DNA of 64,000 bases from an uncultured Chloroflexia bacterium (GTDB taxonomy: Bacteria; Chloroflexota; Limnocylindria; QHBO01), in NCBI GenBank assembly GCA_963814375.1, contig CAWFCQ010000008.1:192001-256000 (forward strand), written 5' to 3'. Positions 55,160-64,000 of the stretch are shown here, piece by piece. Every line of letters begins with the position of its first letter. Within the stretch, counting starts at the first letter, position 1. A program made the translations under genes and the position numbers. Below the pieces are notes generated by a model. The model had not been told where the DNA came from. It did no database searches and saw only the letters and a list, made by a program, of their open reading frames with translations.

Positions 55160-57646
55160 ATGGATCGATTCGACAAGTTCACCGATCGAGCGCGGAAGGT
55201 GCTGACGCTCGCCCAGGACGAGGCGCAGCGCTTCAACCACAACTACATCGGTACCGAGCACCTCCTCCTCGGCCTCGTGCGCGAGGGTGAGGGCGTCGCG
55301 GCGCGCGTGCTCGAGAACATGAACGTCGAGCTGTCCAAGGTCCGCACCGCCGTCGAGTTCATCATCGGGCGCGGCGACCGGCCGGTGGTCGGCGAGGTGG
55401 GGCTCACGCCGCGCGCCAAGCGCGTCATCGAGCTCGCCATCGACGAGGCCCGACGGCTCGGGCACAACTACATCGGCACCGAGCACCTGCTGCTCGGCCT
55501 CGTGCGCGAGGGAGAGGGGATCGCGGCCGGCGTGCTCGAGAGCCTCGGAGTCAACCTCGACAAGGTCCGGCACCAGGTCATCCACGTCCTGAGCCAGTCG
55601 AGCAGCACCGCGCCCGCCCAGGAGACGAAGCGGCCGTCGAAGACACCGACCCTCGACCAGCTCGGCATCAACCTGACCGATGCGGCACGCGCCGGCACCC
55701 TCGACCCGGTCATCGGGCGCGAGAAGGAGATCGAGCGGGTCATCCAGATCCTCGGCCGCAAGACGAAGAACAACCCGGCCCTCATCGGCGAGCCCGGGGT
55801 GGGCAAGACGGCGATCGCCGAGGCGCTGGCCCAGCGGATCGTGGCCGGCGACGTGCCGGAGACCCTGACCGACAAGCGGGTCCTGACCCTCGACATCGGC
55901 TCGCTGGTGGCGGGCACGAAGTACCGCGGCGAGTTCGAGGAGCGGCTCAAGAAGATCATCGAGGAGCTGCGCAGCAGCCACGACAGCGTTCTCTTCATCG
56001 ACGAGCTGCACACGCTCGTGGGCGCGGGCGCGGCCGAGGGAGCGATCGATGCGGCGAACATCCTCAAGCCGCCGCTGTCGCGCGGCGAGCTCCAGTGCAT
56101 CGGCGCCACGACGCTCGACGAGTACCGCAAGTACATCGAGAAGGACGCGGCGCTCGAGCGCCGGTTCCAGCCCGTCATGGTCGACGAGCCGACGGTCGAC
56201 GAGGCCATCGACATTCTCTTCGGGATCCGCGAGCGCTACGAGGAGCACCACCACGTCAAGATCAGCGACGAGGCGCTGCGCTCCGCGGTCGACCTGAGCG
56301 TCCGCTACGTCGCGGATCGCGCCCTGCCCGACAAGGCGATCGACCTGGTCGACGAGGCGGGATCGCGGGTTCGCCTGCGCAACGCATCGGCGCCGGCGGA
56401 GATCAAGACGGCCCAGCTCGCGCTGGAGGAGGTCACGCAGCGCAAGGACGAGGCGATCGCCGGCCAGGACTACGAGGCGGCCGCCCGGCTGCGCGACGAG
56501 GAGGGGCAGGCCAAGGAGGCGATCGAGCAGCTGCGCGAGAAGTGGCACGCCGACCAGTCGAAGGAGACGCCGGTCGTCACCGACGAGGACATCGCCCAGG
56601 TCGTCAGCATGTGGACCGGCATCCCGGTCATCCGGATCAGCGCCGAGGAGTCGGAGCGCCTCCTGCACATGGAGGACGCCATCCATGGCCGCGTCATCGG
56701 CCAGCAGGAGGCGATCGCGACGATCAGCAAGGCGGTGCGAAGGGCGCGCGCCGGACTCAAGGATCCGAAGCGGCCGATCGGCTCCTTCATCTTCATGGGC
56801 CCGACGGGCACCGGTAAGACGCTGCTGGCGCGGGCGCTCGCCGAGTTCCTGTTCGGCTCGGAGGACGCGCTCATCAAGATCGACATGAGCGAGTTCATGG
56901 AGCGCCACAACGTGTCGCGCCTGGTCGGCGCCCCGCCCGGCTACGTCGGCTACGACGAGGGCGGCCAGCTGACCGAGGCGGTGCGGCGCAAGAGCTACTC
57001 GGTCGTCGTCCTCGACGAGATCGAGAAGGCGCACCCCGAGGTCTTCAACATCCTCCTCCAGATCCTGGAGGACGGGCACCTGACCGATGCCAAGGGGCGC
57101 CGCGTCGACTTCCGCAACACGGTCATCATCATGACCAGCAACATCGGCGCGCAGCAGATGCAGCGCGACTCGTCGATCGGGTTCCGCGCCGGCGCGGCCG
57201 GGGAGGCCGCCCAGGCTGCCGCGGACTACGACCGCATGAAGGAGAAGGTGCTCGGCGAGCTGAAGAACACCTTCCGGCCGGAGTTCCTGAACCGCATCGA
57301 CGCCACCGTGGTCTTCCGATCGCTCACCCGGGAGGAGATCCGCGAGATCGTCGACCTGCTCCTGAAGCGGGTGAAGGACCAGCTCGCCGGCCAGGAGATG
57401 GAGCTCCAGGTCACCGATGCGGCCAAGGACGCCATCATCGTCAAGGGCTACGACCAGGCCTACGGCGCCCGTCCGCTGCGGCGCGAGATCCAGAACCAGA
57501 TCGAGGATCCGCTGGCCGAGCGGATGCTGCAGGCGAGCTTCGAGCCGGGCGACACGATCATCGTCGACGCCGGCCCGGAGGGCGAGCTCACGATCGAGCG
57601 TGCCGCGCCGCCGGCGAAGCGCCAGGCCGCCAAGGCCGGGCGATAA
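55160..57646 (+). CDS. clpC: ATP-dependent Clp protease ATP-binding subunit ClpC
   Basis: Duplicated [14 protein letters not shown]-domains, GEPGVGKT and GPTGTGKT Walker A motifs, UVR motif, IGF loop. Confidence 0.96.
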   Translation: MDRFDKFTDRARKVLTLAQDEAQRFNHNYIGTEHLLLGLVREGEGVAARVLENMNVELSKVRTAVEFIIGRGDRPVVGEVGLTPRAKRVIELAIDEARRLGHNYIGTEHLLLGLVREGEGIAAGVLESLGVNLDKVRHQVIHVLSQSSSTAPAQETKRPSKTPTLDQLGINLTDAARAGTLDPVIGREKEIERVIQILGRKTKNNPALIGEPGVGKTAIAEALAQRIVAGDVPETLTDKRVLTLDIGSLVAGTKYRGEFEERLKKIIEELRSSHDSVLFIDELHTLVGAGAAEGAIDAANILKPPLSRGELQCIGATTLDEYRKYIEKDAALERRFQPVMVDEPTVDEAIDILFGIRERYEEHHHVKISDEALRSAVDLSVRYVADRALPDKAIDLVDEAGSRVRLRNASAPAEIKTAQLALEEVTQRKDEAIAGQDYEAAARLRDEEGQAKEAIEQLREKWHADQSKETPVVTDEDIAQVVSMWTGIPVIRISAEESERLLHMEDAIHGRVIGQQEAIATISKAVRRARAGLKDPKRPIGSFIFMGPTGTGKTLLARALAEFLFGSEDALIKIDMSEFMERHNVSRLVGAPPGYVGYDEGGQLTEAVRRKSYSVVVLDEIEKAHPEVFNILLQILEDGHLTDAKGRRVDFRNTVIIMTSNIGAQQMQRDSSIGFRAGAAGEAAQAAADYDRMKEKVLGELKNTFRPEFLNRIDATVVFRSLTREEIREIVDLLLKRVKDQLAGQEMELQVTDAAKDAIIVKGYDQAYGARPLRREIQNQIEDPLAERMLQASFEPGDTIIVDAGPEGELTIERAAPPAKRQAAKAGR

Positions 57647-57738
57647 GCGCCGCGTAAGGGCGCGGTAACCGGTCCGATGTCACGATAGACGCGGACCGCG
57701 TCCGAGTCGTCATCAACCAGCCCCGCCTGAGGCTCCGA

Positions 57739-59112
57739 GTGCCCGCCGTCAAGACCGCCTACCTGTGCCAGCAGTGCGGCGCAGCGTCGCCCAAATGGGC
57801 CGGTCAGTGCCCCGGCTGCGGAGCGTGGAACACCCTCGTCGAGACGGTCGCTGCCCCGAGCGCCTCCCGCAGCCGGCCATCGTCGGCGGCGCGTGCCATG
57901 GCGGGGCTCGCTGCGGTGACTCCCATCGGCGCCGTCACCAGCGCAGAGGCTGACCGGCTTCGCTCCGGGATCGGCGAGGTGGACCGCGTGCTCGGCGGAG
58001 GCTTCGTCCCCGGCTCGATCGCCCTCTTCGGCGGCGATCCGGGCATCGGCAAGTCGACGCTGCTGCTTCAGCTGGCGGGGCGGCTGGCGGAAGGCGGTGG
58101 CTCGGTGCTGTACGTCACCGGCGAGGAGTCCGCCGCACAGGTCCGTGGGCGTGCCGAGCGCATCGGCGCCGTGGTCGACGGGCTCCAGCTGGCGGCGACC
58201 ACAGATCTCGAGACCGCGCTCGCGGCGATCGACGCCAGCAAGCCGGCGCTGGCGGTGGTGGACAGCGTTCAAACGCTCACCAGCGCCGAGCTCAGCGGGC
58301 CGGCCGGCAGCGTGGGTCAGGTTCGCGAGGTGGCCGCACGCCTGGCGGAAGCGGCGAAGACGAGCGGCACCTGCGTCGCGCTCGTCGGCCATGTCACAAA
58401 GGAGGGAACGGTCGCCGGTCCTCGCACCCTCGAGCATCTCGTCGATGCCGTCATCTACCTCGAGGGGGAGCGGCTCGGCGCGACGCGCCTGCTCCGTGCG
58501 GCGAAGAACCGGTATGGCTCGACCGACGAGGTCGGGGTGCTCGAGATGCGTGGCGACGGCCTGGCCGAGGTGGACGACGCGAGCCGGTTCTTCCTCGAGT
58601 CGGACGAGTCGCCGACCGCGGGTGCGGCGATCACGATCGCCCTGGAGGGGACCCGGCCCCTGGCGGTCGAGATCCAGGCGCTCTGCGCGCCCGCTGGCTA
58701 CGGCTCCCCTCGTCGTGCGACCACCGGAATCGACGTCAATCGCGTCCTCATGCTGATCGCGGTGCTGGCCCGCCACGCCGGCCTGAACCTCACCGGCCAC
58801 GACGTGTACGTCAATGTGGCCGGCGGCCTGCGGATCGACGAGCCCGCCGCGGACCTCGCCGTGGCCACGGCCCTCGCCTCGAGCCTGCGTGAGCGACCGG
58901 TCGTCGCCGCCACGGTGCTGGCGGGGGAGGTTGCCCTCTCCGGACGCCTTCGCGCGGCCGCGCGCGCCGAGCGTCGCCTGCTCGAGGCCACGCGCCTCGG
59001 GTTCGATCGGCTCATCACGGGCCCGACCCGTGGCGGGGAGAACGACGGGCGGCGCGGGCTGGCGGTGGCCCGCGACATTCGCGAGGCGCTCGGCGTGGCG
59101 CTGGAGACCTGA
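57739..59112 (+). CDS. radA: DNA repair protein RadA/Sms
   Basis: C4 Zn finger, GDPGIGKST, KNRYG, Lon-like C-terminal domain. Confidence 0.96.
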   Translation: MPAVKTAYLCQQCGAASPKWAGQCPGCGAWNTLVETVAAPSASRSRPSSAARAMAGLAAVTPIGAVTSAEADRLRSGIGEVDRVLGGGFVPGSIALFGGDPGIGKSTLLLQLAGRLAEGGGSVLYVTGEESAAQVRGRAERIGAVVDGLQLAATTDLETALAAIDASKPALAVVDSVQTLTSAELSGPAGSVGQVREVAARLAEAAKTSGTCVALVGHVTKEGTVAGPRTLEHLVDAVIYLEGERLGATRLLRAAKNRYGSTDEVGVLEMRGDGLAEVDDASRFFLESDESPTAGAAITIALEGTRPLAVEIQALCAPAGYGSPRRATTGIDVNRVLMLIAVLARHAGLNLTGHDVYVNVAGGLRIDEPAADLAVATALASSLRERPVVAATVLAGEVALSGRLRAAARAERRLLEATRLGFDRLITGPTRGGENDGRRGLAVARDIREALGVALET

Positions 59113-59241
59113 CCCACCCCGTACGATCGTGGACGTCGTGAGGGGCGCGTGCTAAGGTGCACGCCGTCCGGGGCCCGGCCGCTTCATCTCACTTCATTCG
59201 GGCGGATCCCAGGCTGATCATCCACCGCACTCATCGGGAAC

Positions 59242-60294
59242 ATGAACCGCATCGTTCAGCTCACGGGTGCCCTCCTGGGCACCCTGTTCGGCTTCGCGCT
59301 GGGGCTGGCCCTCCTTCAGCGTGCCGGCGACCTCATCGAACCGGCCAATCGTCCGGCGTTTCTCACCGCGTTCGTGGTGGCGACGCTGCTGTTCGGCTAC
59401 CTCGCGATCCCGTACGTGACCATCTATCCGGTCCGGCGTGCGGTCGAGAAGCTGTCGGAGGCCGGCGCCGGCGAGTTCGCCCTCGGCGTTGGCGCGATCG
59501 TCGTCGGGCTCCTCATGGGCGTCCTCATCGGTGTGCCCCTCGCTCAGGTCGGAGGCACGCTGGGGTCGCTTGGCCCGCCGGTGGTCGCCATCTTCCTGGC
59601 GGCGATGATGCTCATCATCACGATGTCGAAGCGGGACGTCCTGCTTCCTGCCATCACCGGCATCGTGCCCGGCGTGCGACCGCGTGGGATGACGAACCGC
59701 GTCGTGATCGACACGAGCGCGATCATCGATGGCCGCATCGCCGATATCTCCGCCACCGGCTTCATCCTCGGGACGTTGATCGTGCCGCGGTTCGTGCTCG
59801 ACGAGCTCCAGCGCATCGCCGACTCACCTGACGCGATGCGCCGCAACCGCGGACGCCGCGGCCTCGAGATGCTCTCGGCACTTCAGAAGGACGCCGTCTC
59901 GCCGGTCGAGATCAGCGAGGCCACCTACCCCGAGGTCGCGGAGGTGGATGCAAAGCTGATGGCCTACGCGCGCGACAACGGCGCGGCAATCCTCACCAAC
60001 GACTACAACCTCAACAAGGTCGCGGATCTCCAGGGGATTCGCGTCCTGAACATCAACGAGCTTGCCAACGCCGTGAAGTCGGTGGTGCATCCTGGCGAGG
60101 AGATGAGGGTGCGCATCATCCAGGAGGGCAAGGAGACGGGGCAGGGCGTCGGCTATCTCGACGACGGCACGATGATCGTGGTCGAGGGAGGCGTCCGCTT
60201 CATGGACAAGGAGGTCCCGATCAACGTCACGCGCGTCCTTCAGACGGTCGCGGGGCGGATGATCTTCGCGCAGCCTCGCGGCGAGGCGGAGTGA
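59242..60294 (+). CDS. Membrane PIN/TRAM domain protein (YacL-like)
   Basis: 4 TM helices; IDTSAIIDGRI, TNDYNL, GVGYLDDGTMIVVE and LQTVAGRMIFA motifs. Confidence 0.93.
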   Translation: MNRIVQLTGALLGTLFGFALGLALLQRAGDLIEPANRPAFLTAFVVATLLFGYLAIPYVTIYPVRRAVEKLSEAGAGEFALGVGAIVVGLLMGVLIGVPLAQVGGTLGSLGPPVVAIFLAAMMLIITMSKRDVLLPAITGIVPGVRPRGMTNRVVIDTSAIIDGRIADISATGFILGTLIVPRFVLDELQRIADSPDAMRRNRGRRGLEMLSALQKDAVSPVEISEATYPEVAEVDAKLMAYARDNGAAILTNDYNLNKVADLQGIRVLNINELANAVKSVVHPGEEMRVRIIQEGKETGQGVGYLDDGTMIVVEGGVRFMDKEVPINVTRVLQTVAGRMIFAQPRGEAE

Positions 60295-60310
60295 CGCGGC
60301 GCCCGGTCCG

Positions 60311-61510
60311 ATGAGCGGCTCATACGCGGCGATTCTTGTTGCGGCCGGGCGGAGCACGCGGATGGGCAGCGACAAGCTGTGGGCGGACCTGTGGGGACGC
60401 CCGACCTGGCGCTGGAGCCTCGACACGCTGCTCGCAGCGGCCGAGCTCGAGCGACTCGCGATCGCGGTTCCACCTGAACAGCTTCAACGGTTCACCGACG
60501 CGCTCCCGCCCTCGGCCGATCGATGCCTCGTCGTGGCTGGCGGCGAGGGGCGAGCCGACTCGGTGATCGCGGGCCTATCCGCGTTGAGCGCGGCCGGCCT
60601 GGCGGACGACACCCTCGTGCTCGTCCACGACGCTGCGCGTCCCGCCCTTACGCCAGAGCTCGTCGCGAGCGTCGCCGATGCGGCTGCGGCGTTCGACGGA
60701 GCGGTCGTCCCCGTCATCCCGGTCGTCGACTCCCTCAAGCGGGTACGGAACGAGCGCGTCGTTGCCCCGGTCGAGCGCGACGAGGTCGCGGCCGCGCAGA
60801 CGCCCCAGGCCGCGCGCCTCGGTGCCCTGCGGGCGGCGATCGAGGAGGCGCATGCGTGGGGCCGGCCGATCACCGACGATGGCGGAGCCCTTGCCGCTGC
60901 CGGGGTGCCGGTGCGGGTGGTCGCCGGCGACCCGGCCAACCGCAAGCTGACCGACCCGGCCGATCTCGTGACGATGCGTGCCGCGCTCGCGATGCGCGCT
61001 ACCGGCCTCGTGGCGGGGGCGCAGGCCGAAGCGGGCCACCGCGTCGGGATCGGCTTCGACGCTCACCGCCTGGTCGCTGGTCGGCCGATGGTCATCGGCG
61101 GCGTTGCCTTCACCGATGAGGCGCGGGGCCCCGAGGGCCACTCGGACGGCGACGCCGCGCTGCACGCCCTGATCGACGCGCTGCTCGGCGCGGTCGCGCT
61201 CGGTGACGTCGGAACGCTCTTCCCGGCCGGCGAGGCCTGGGCCGGAGCCGACTCGGCGGACCTCACCTCGCACGCGGTGCGGCGCCTGGCCGAGGGGGGA
61301 TGGCGCCCGTTCAGCGCGGCGCTCAGCGTCGTGATTCGCCGACCGGCGATCGCTCCGCGCCGCGACGACATCGCGGAGCGCATGGCCGCTCTGCTCGGGA
61401 TCGAGGCCGGCGCGGTCTCCGTCACGGGCACCACGTCCGACGGCCTCGGTTTCGCCGGTGAGGAGGGTCTTGCAGCCTGGGCCGTGACAACGGTCGAGCC
61501 GATCGCGTGA
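60311..61510 (+). CDS. ispDF: Bifunctional IspD/IspF
   Basis: AAGRSTRMG..K, VHDAARP and QTPQ (IspD); GIGFDAH and GHSDGD..LHA (IspF). Confidence 0.92.
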   Translation: MSGSYAAILVAAGRSTRMGSDKLWADLWGRPTWRWSLDTLLAAAELERLAIAVPPEQLQRFTDALPPSADRCLVVAGGEGRADSVIAGLSALSAAGLADDTLVLVHDAARPALTPELVASVADAAAAFDGAVVPVIPVVDSLKRVRNERVVAPVERDEVAAAQTPQAARLGALRAAIEEAHAWGRPITDDGGALAAAGVPVRVVAGDPANRKLTDPADLVTMRAALAMRATGLVAGAQAEAGHRVGIGFDAHRLVAGRPMVIGGVAFTDEARGPEGHSDGDAALHALIDALLGAVALGDVGTLFPAGEAWAGADSADLTSHAVRRLAEGGWRPFSAALSVVIRRPAIAPRRDDIAERMAALLGIEAGAVSVTGTTSDGLGFAGEEGLAAWAVTTVEPIA

Positions 61511-62241
61511 GCGAGTGGATCGGCGGGAGGCGCCCGGTGGCGGAGGCGCTGGCCGCCGGCCGCGAGGCACATCGGCTGCTGATCTCGGCATCGGCCAGGC
61601 CGTCGCCGGAGCTGCGAGCGATCACCGATGCCGCCCGCCGCCTCGGCCTGCCGACGGACCGCGTGCCGGCCGATCAGCTGACCAGGATCGGCGCGTTTGA
61701 CGGCCACCAGGGCGTGCTGCTGGAGGTGGGGGAGCGTCGGTTTGCCGACCTGCCCGAGATGCTGGCCACGTCGCGCGCGGCGGGACACGACCCCTTCGTC
61801 CTCGTCCTCGAGCATCTCCAGGACCCGACGAATTTCGGCACCCTCTTGCGCTCGGCCGAGGCCGCCGGGGTGGACGGCGTCGTCTTCCCGGAGCGGGGAG
61901 CGGCCCCGCTCAGCGCGGCCGCGGTCAAGGCCAGCGCCGGGGCCAGCGAGCACTTGCTGCTCGCGCGCCTGCCGACGATCGGCGACGCAATCCATGACCT
62001 GAAGACCGCGGGGCTGCGGCTCGTGGCCGCCGACCAGGAGGCGCCTGCATCGGCCTGGGAGAGCGACCTCACCGGCCCGATGGCGCTCGTCGTCGGTAGC
62101 GAGGGGAGCGGCCTCTCTGGCGCAACGAAGCGCCGATGCGACCTGCTCGTCAGCTTCCCGATGGCCGGGCGCGTGGCCAGCCTCAACGCATCGACGGCCG
62201 GCGCGCTGCTGCTGTTCGAGGTGGTCCGCCAGCGTCGCTGA
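61507..62241 (+). CDS. rlmB: 23S rRNA Gm2251 2'-O-methyltransferase
   Basis: HQGV, DPTNFG..LRS, KASAGA, GSEGSG and SLNAS SPOUT motifs. Confidence 0.92.
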   Translation: MSEWIGGRRPVAEALAAGREAHRLLISASARPSPELRAITDAARRLGLPTDRVPADQLTRIGAFDGHQGVLLEVGERRFADLPEMLATSRAAGHDPFVLVLEHLQDPTNFGTLLRSAEAAGVDGVVFPERGAAPLSAAAVKASAGASEHLLLARLPTIGDAIHDLKTAGLRLVAADQEAPASAWESDLTGPMALVVGSEGSGLSGATKRRCDLLVSFPMAGRVASLNASTAGALLLFEVVRQRR

Positions 62242-62275
62242 GTCCGACCAACGGCGGGATACAATCGCCCGGCGC

Positions 62276-62350
62276 GCCGAGGTAGCTCAATGGCAGAGCA
62301 TCGGTTTTGTAAACCGACGGTTGTGGGTTCGACTCCCACCCTCGGCTCCA
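62276..62350 (+). tRNA. tRNA-Thr(TGT)
   Basis: TCGGT-TTTGTAA-ACCGA anticodon arm, CCA; TACAAT -10 upstream. Confidence 0.96.
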
Positions 62351-62426
62351 TCGGTTGAGGGCCTTCGGAGCCTTCGATATACTCCGGCACTGGGCGGCGA
62401 CACACCACGCGCCGGCCGGACCGCAT

Positions 62427-62512
62427 GGGTAGGTTGAGCAGGTGGTGAGCTCCGCTGACTGTAGATCAGCCGTCTTTCGACTGTGGGGGTTCGATTCCCT
62501 CCCTGCCCACCA
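62427..62512 (+). tRNA. tRNA-Tyr(GTA)
   Basis: GCTGA-CTGTAGA-TCAGC anticodon arm, long variable arm, ACCA end. Confidence 0.93.
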
Positions 62513-62658
62513 CGCTTCCCATCCGAAGAGCCATCGAGCCGGTCTCATGAACCTCGGCCTGCGACCGAGATTTGCCAAGATTGACCGATGGTTGCCCAGG
62601 ATCCGCTGATCCTGCGACACTGCGCGCATCCGCCGACCGCGGTGGCGCGCCGAGGCGG

Positions 62659-62734
62659 GCCCACGTAGCTCAGCAGGCAGAGCACTTCCTTGGTAAGGAA
62701 GAGGTCTCCGGTTCGAACCCGGACGTGGGCTCCA
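62659..62734 (+). tRNA. tRNA-Thr(GGT)
   Basis: CTTCC-TTGGTAA-GGAAG anticodon arm, CCA. Confidence 0.96.
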
Positions 62735-62768
62735 GCACCCGTCGCGCCCGGTGTCATGGCCTTCGGAG

Positions 62769-63830
62769 ATGACCGCGACCTTGGATCTCAACGTCGTCCT
62801 GCCGTTCCTGAGCTCGGCGCTCTCGTTCGTGTTCGCGGCCATGGTCGCCGACCAGTGGATCCAACGCCGCCAGCCGTATCAGCTGGTGTGGGCGGTCGGC
62901 CTCCTCTGGTACGGGATCAGCGCCGGCACCGAGTTCCTCGGCAGCGCCTACGGCTGGAACGAGTCGCTGTACCGCGCGTGGTACCTGTTCGGCGCCTTCG
63001 GCGTGGCCTCCTACCTCGGCCTCGGCACGGTCTACCTGCTCAACCGCACGCGCTTCGGTTACTTCGTCGCCGTCTCGTTCGCCCTAGCCGCGCTCTTCAG
63101 CTTCCTGACCTCGGTCAAGTACGCGCGTGAAGGGACGCCGGCGTCGGATGCGACGATCGTCGCCGTGGTCGCCGTCTCGCTGCTCTCGGCGGTCGCCCTC
63201 GCCGTGGTGACCCGCTTCGCGCGCCGATGGGTGGGCCACACCACGGCCGGGATCCTCGTGGCCGCATCGGTCTTCGTTGCGTGGGCCACGCTGACCGTCC
63301 CGTTGGCGCCACCCGGATACGCCATCGATGGGATCGGCATCCCCGTCGGCTCAGCCATGCCGGCCGACCTGCGGATCCTGACGCCACCCTTCAACATCGT
63401 CGGCGCCTTCGCCCTCGTCTTCGGCGCCGTCTACTCCGCCTACATCTTCATGCCGAAGGCGCGGGTCATGCGGGTGACCACCGACGTCCCGGTGATCGGC
63501 GCCCTCGGCCGTGCGGTCGCCGTGGTCGTGAACTTCGTGGCCTCCATCCCCGGCGCCTGGCGCGCCTTCCGCGCCGGCACCCTCAACTCGCGGGTGCCGG
63601 CGACGCTGCTCATCGCGCTCGGCGGCTTCATTCCCGGATGGACGAGCGGCCTGAGCCGGTTCGGGGTGACCTGGTCGTTCTTCATCGGCGAGCTGATCGG
63701 GGTGGTGCTGATCTTCCTGGGGTTCCTCGTCAGCATCGAGGTCTTCAGCGACGTGCGGCTGCCGTTCACCCACATCGTGCTGCGCCGGCGTGACCGGGGC
63801 GCCTCGAGCGCTGCGACCGAGGGCGGCTGA
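62769..63830 (+). CDS. Hypothetical multi-pass membrane protein
   Basis: About 9 hydrophobic helices; GGAG before ATG 62769. Confidence 0.75.
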   Translation: MTATLDLNVVLPFLSSALSFVFAAMVADQWIQRRQPYQLVWAVGLLWYGISAGTEFLGSAYGWNESLYRAWYLFGAFGVASYLGLGTVYLLNRTRFGYFVAVSFALAALFSFLTSVKYAREGTPASDATIVAVVAVSLLSAVALAVVTRFARRWVGHTTAGILVAASVFVAWATLTVPLAPPGYAIDGIGIPVGSAMPADLRILTPPFNIVGAFALVFGAVYSAYIFMPKARVMRVTTDVPVIGALGRAVAVVVNFVASIPGAWRAFRAGTLNSRVPATLLIALGGFIPGWTSGLSRFGVTWSFFIGELIGVVLIFLGFLVSIEVFSDVRLPFTHIVLRRRDRGASSAATEGG

Positions 63831-64000
63831 CGGACCGACCGCGCCAAGCGCGCCGATAAATCGGACAGAATTTCACGCGGAGGACCGCTCTCGCGGCGCT
63901 TCGACCGATACATCGGACACGGGTTCACCGGAGCCGAGGCTCGTGTGAAGAAGTGACTCATCTATCGGTCAACGGGCTCACCCATCCGTCCGCGCCAAAG

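Overview
GC-rich bacterial core-genome window. The 16S signatures, gene order and protein styles suggest Chloroflexota, possibly Limnocylindria-like; this is inference and was not database-checked. It holds about 55 CDS: beta-oxidation genes, gdhA, coaX-coaBC-panC, ndk, lepB, rpoN, hppA, uppP, greA-class I lysS-serS, tdk, an ECF sigma/anti-sigma pair, aroE-like, tadA-like-ffs-dnaX-ybaB-recR, rpsA, and clpC-radA-PIN-ispDF-rlmB. It also holds 10 tRNAs, a large Alu-type SRP RNA, and 16S, 23S and 5S rRNA. Highlights: (1) tRNA-Arg has a GCG anticodon, not ACG, and the syntenic TadA homologue lacks the catalytic Glu and tRNA-contacting residues, a coherent case of lost I34 editing with the deaminase fold retained. 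(2) The PanC and AroE homologues have intact frames or folds but multiply eroded active sites. (3) The rrn operon is broken into separately promoted 16S, tRNA-Ile, tRNA-Ala and 23S-5S units with four CDS interleaved. (4) 23S has an H54a-like insertion and a U1906-A1924 swap in H69. (5) There is a greA leader attenuator, a candidate sRNA, a palindromic operator before uppP, and an S1 protein with long acidic repeat tails. About ten genes carry single-base frameshifts, most likely long-read indel errors. No CRISPR array, IS element or prophage was seen.
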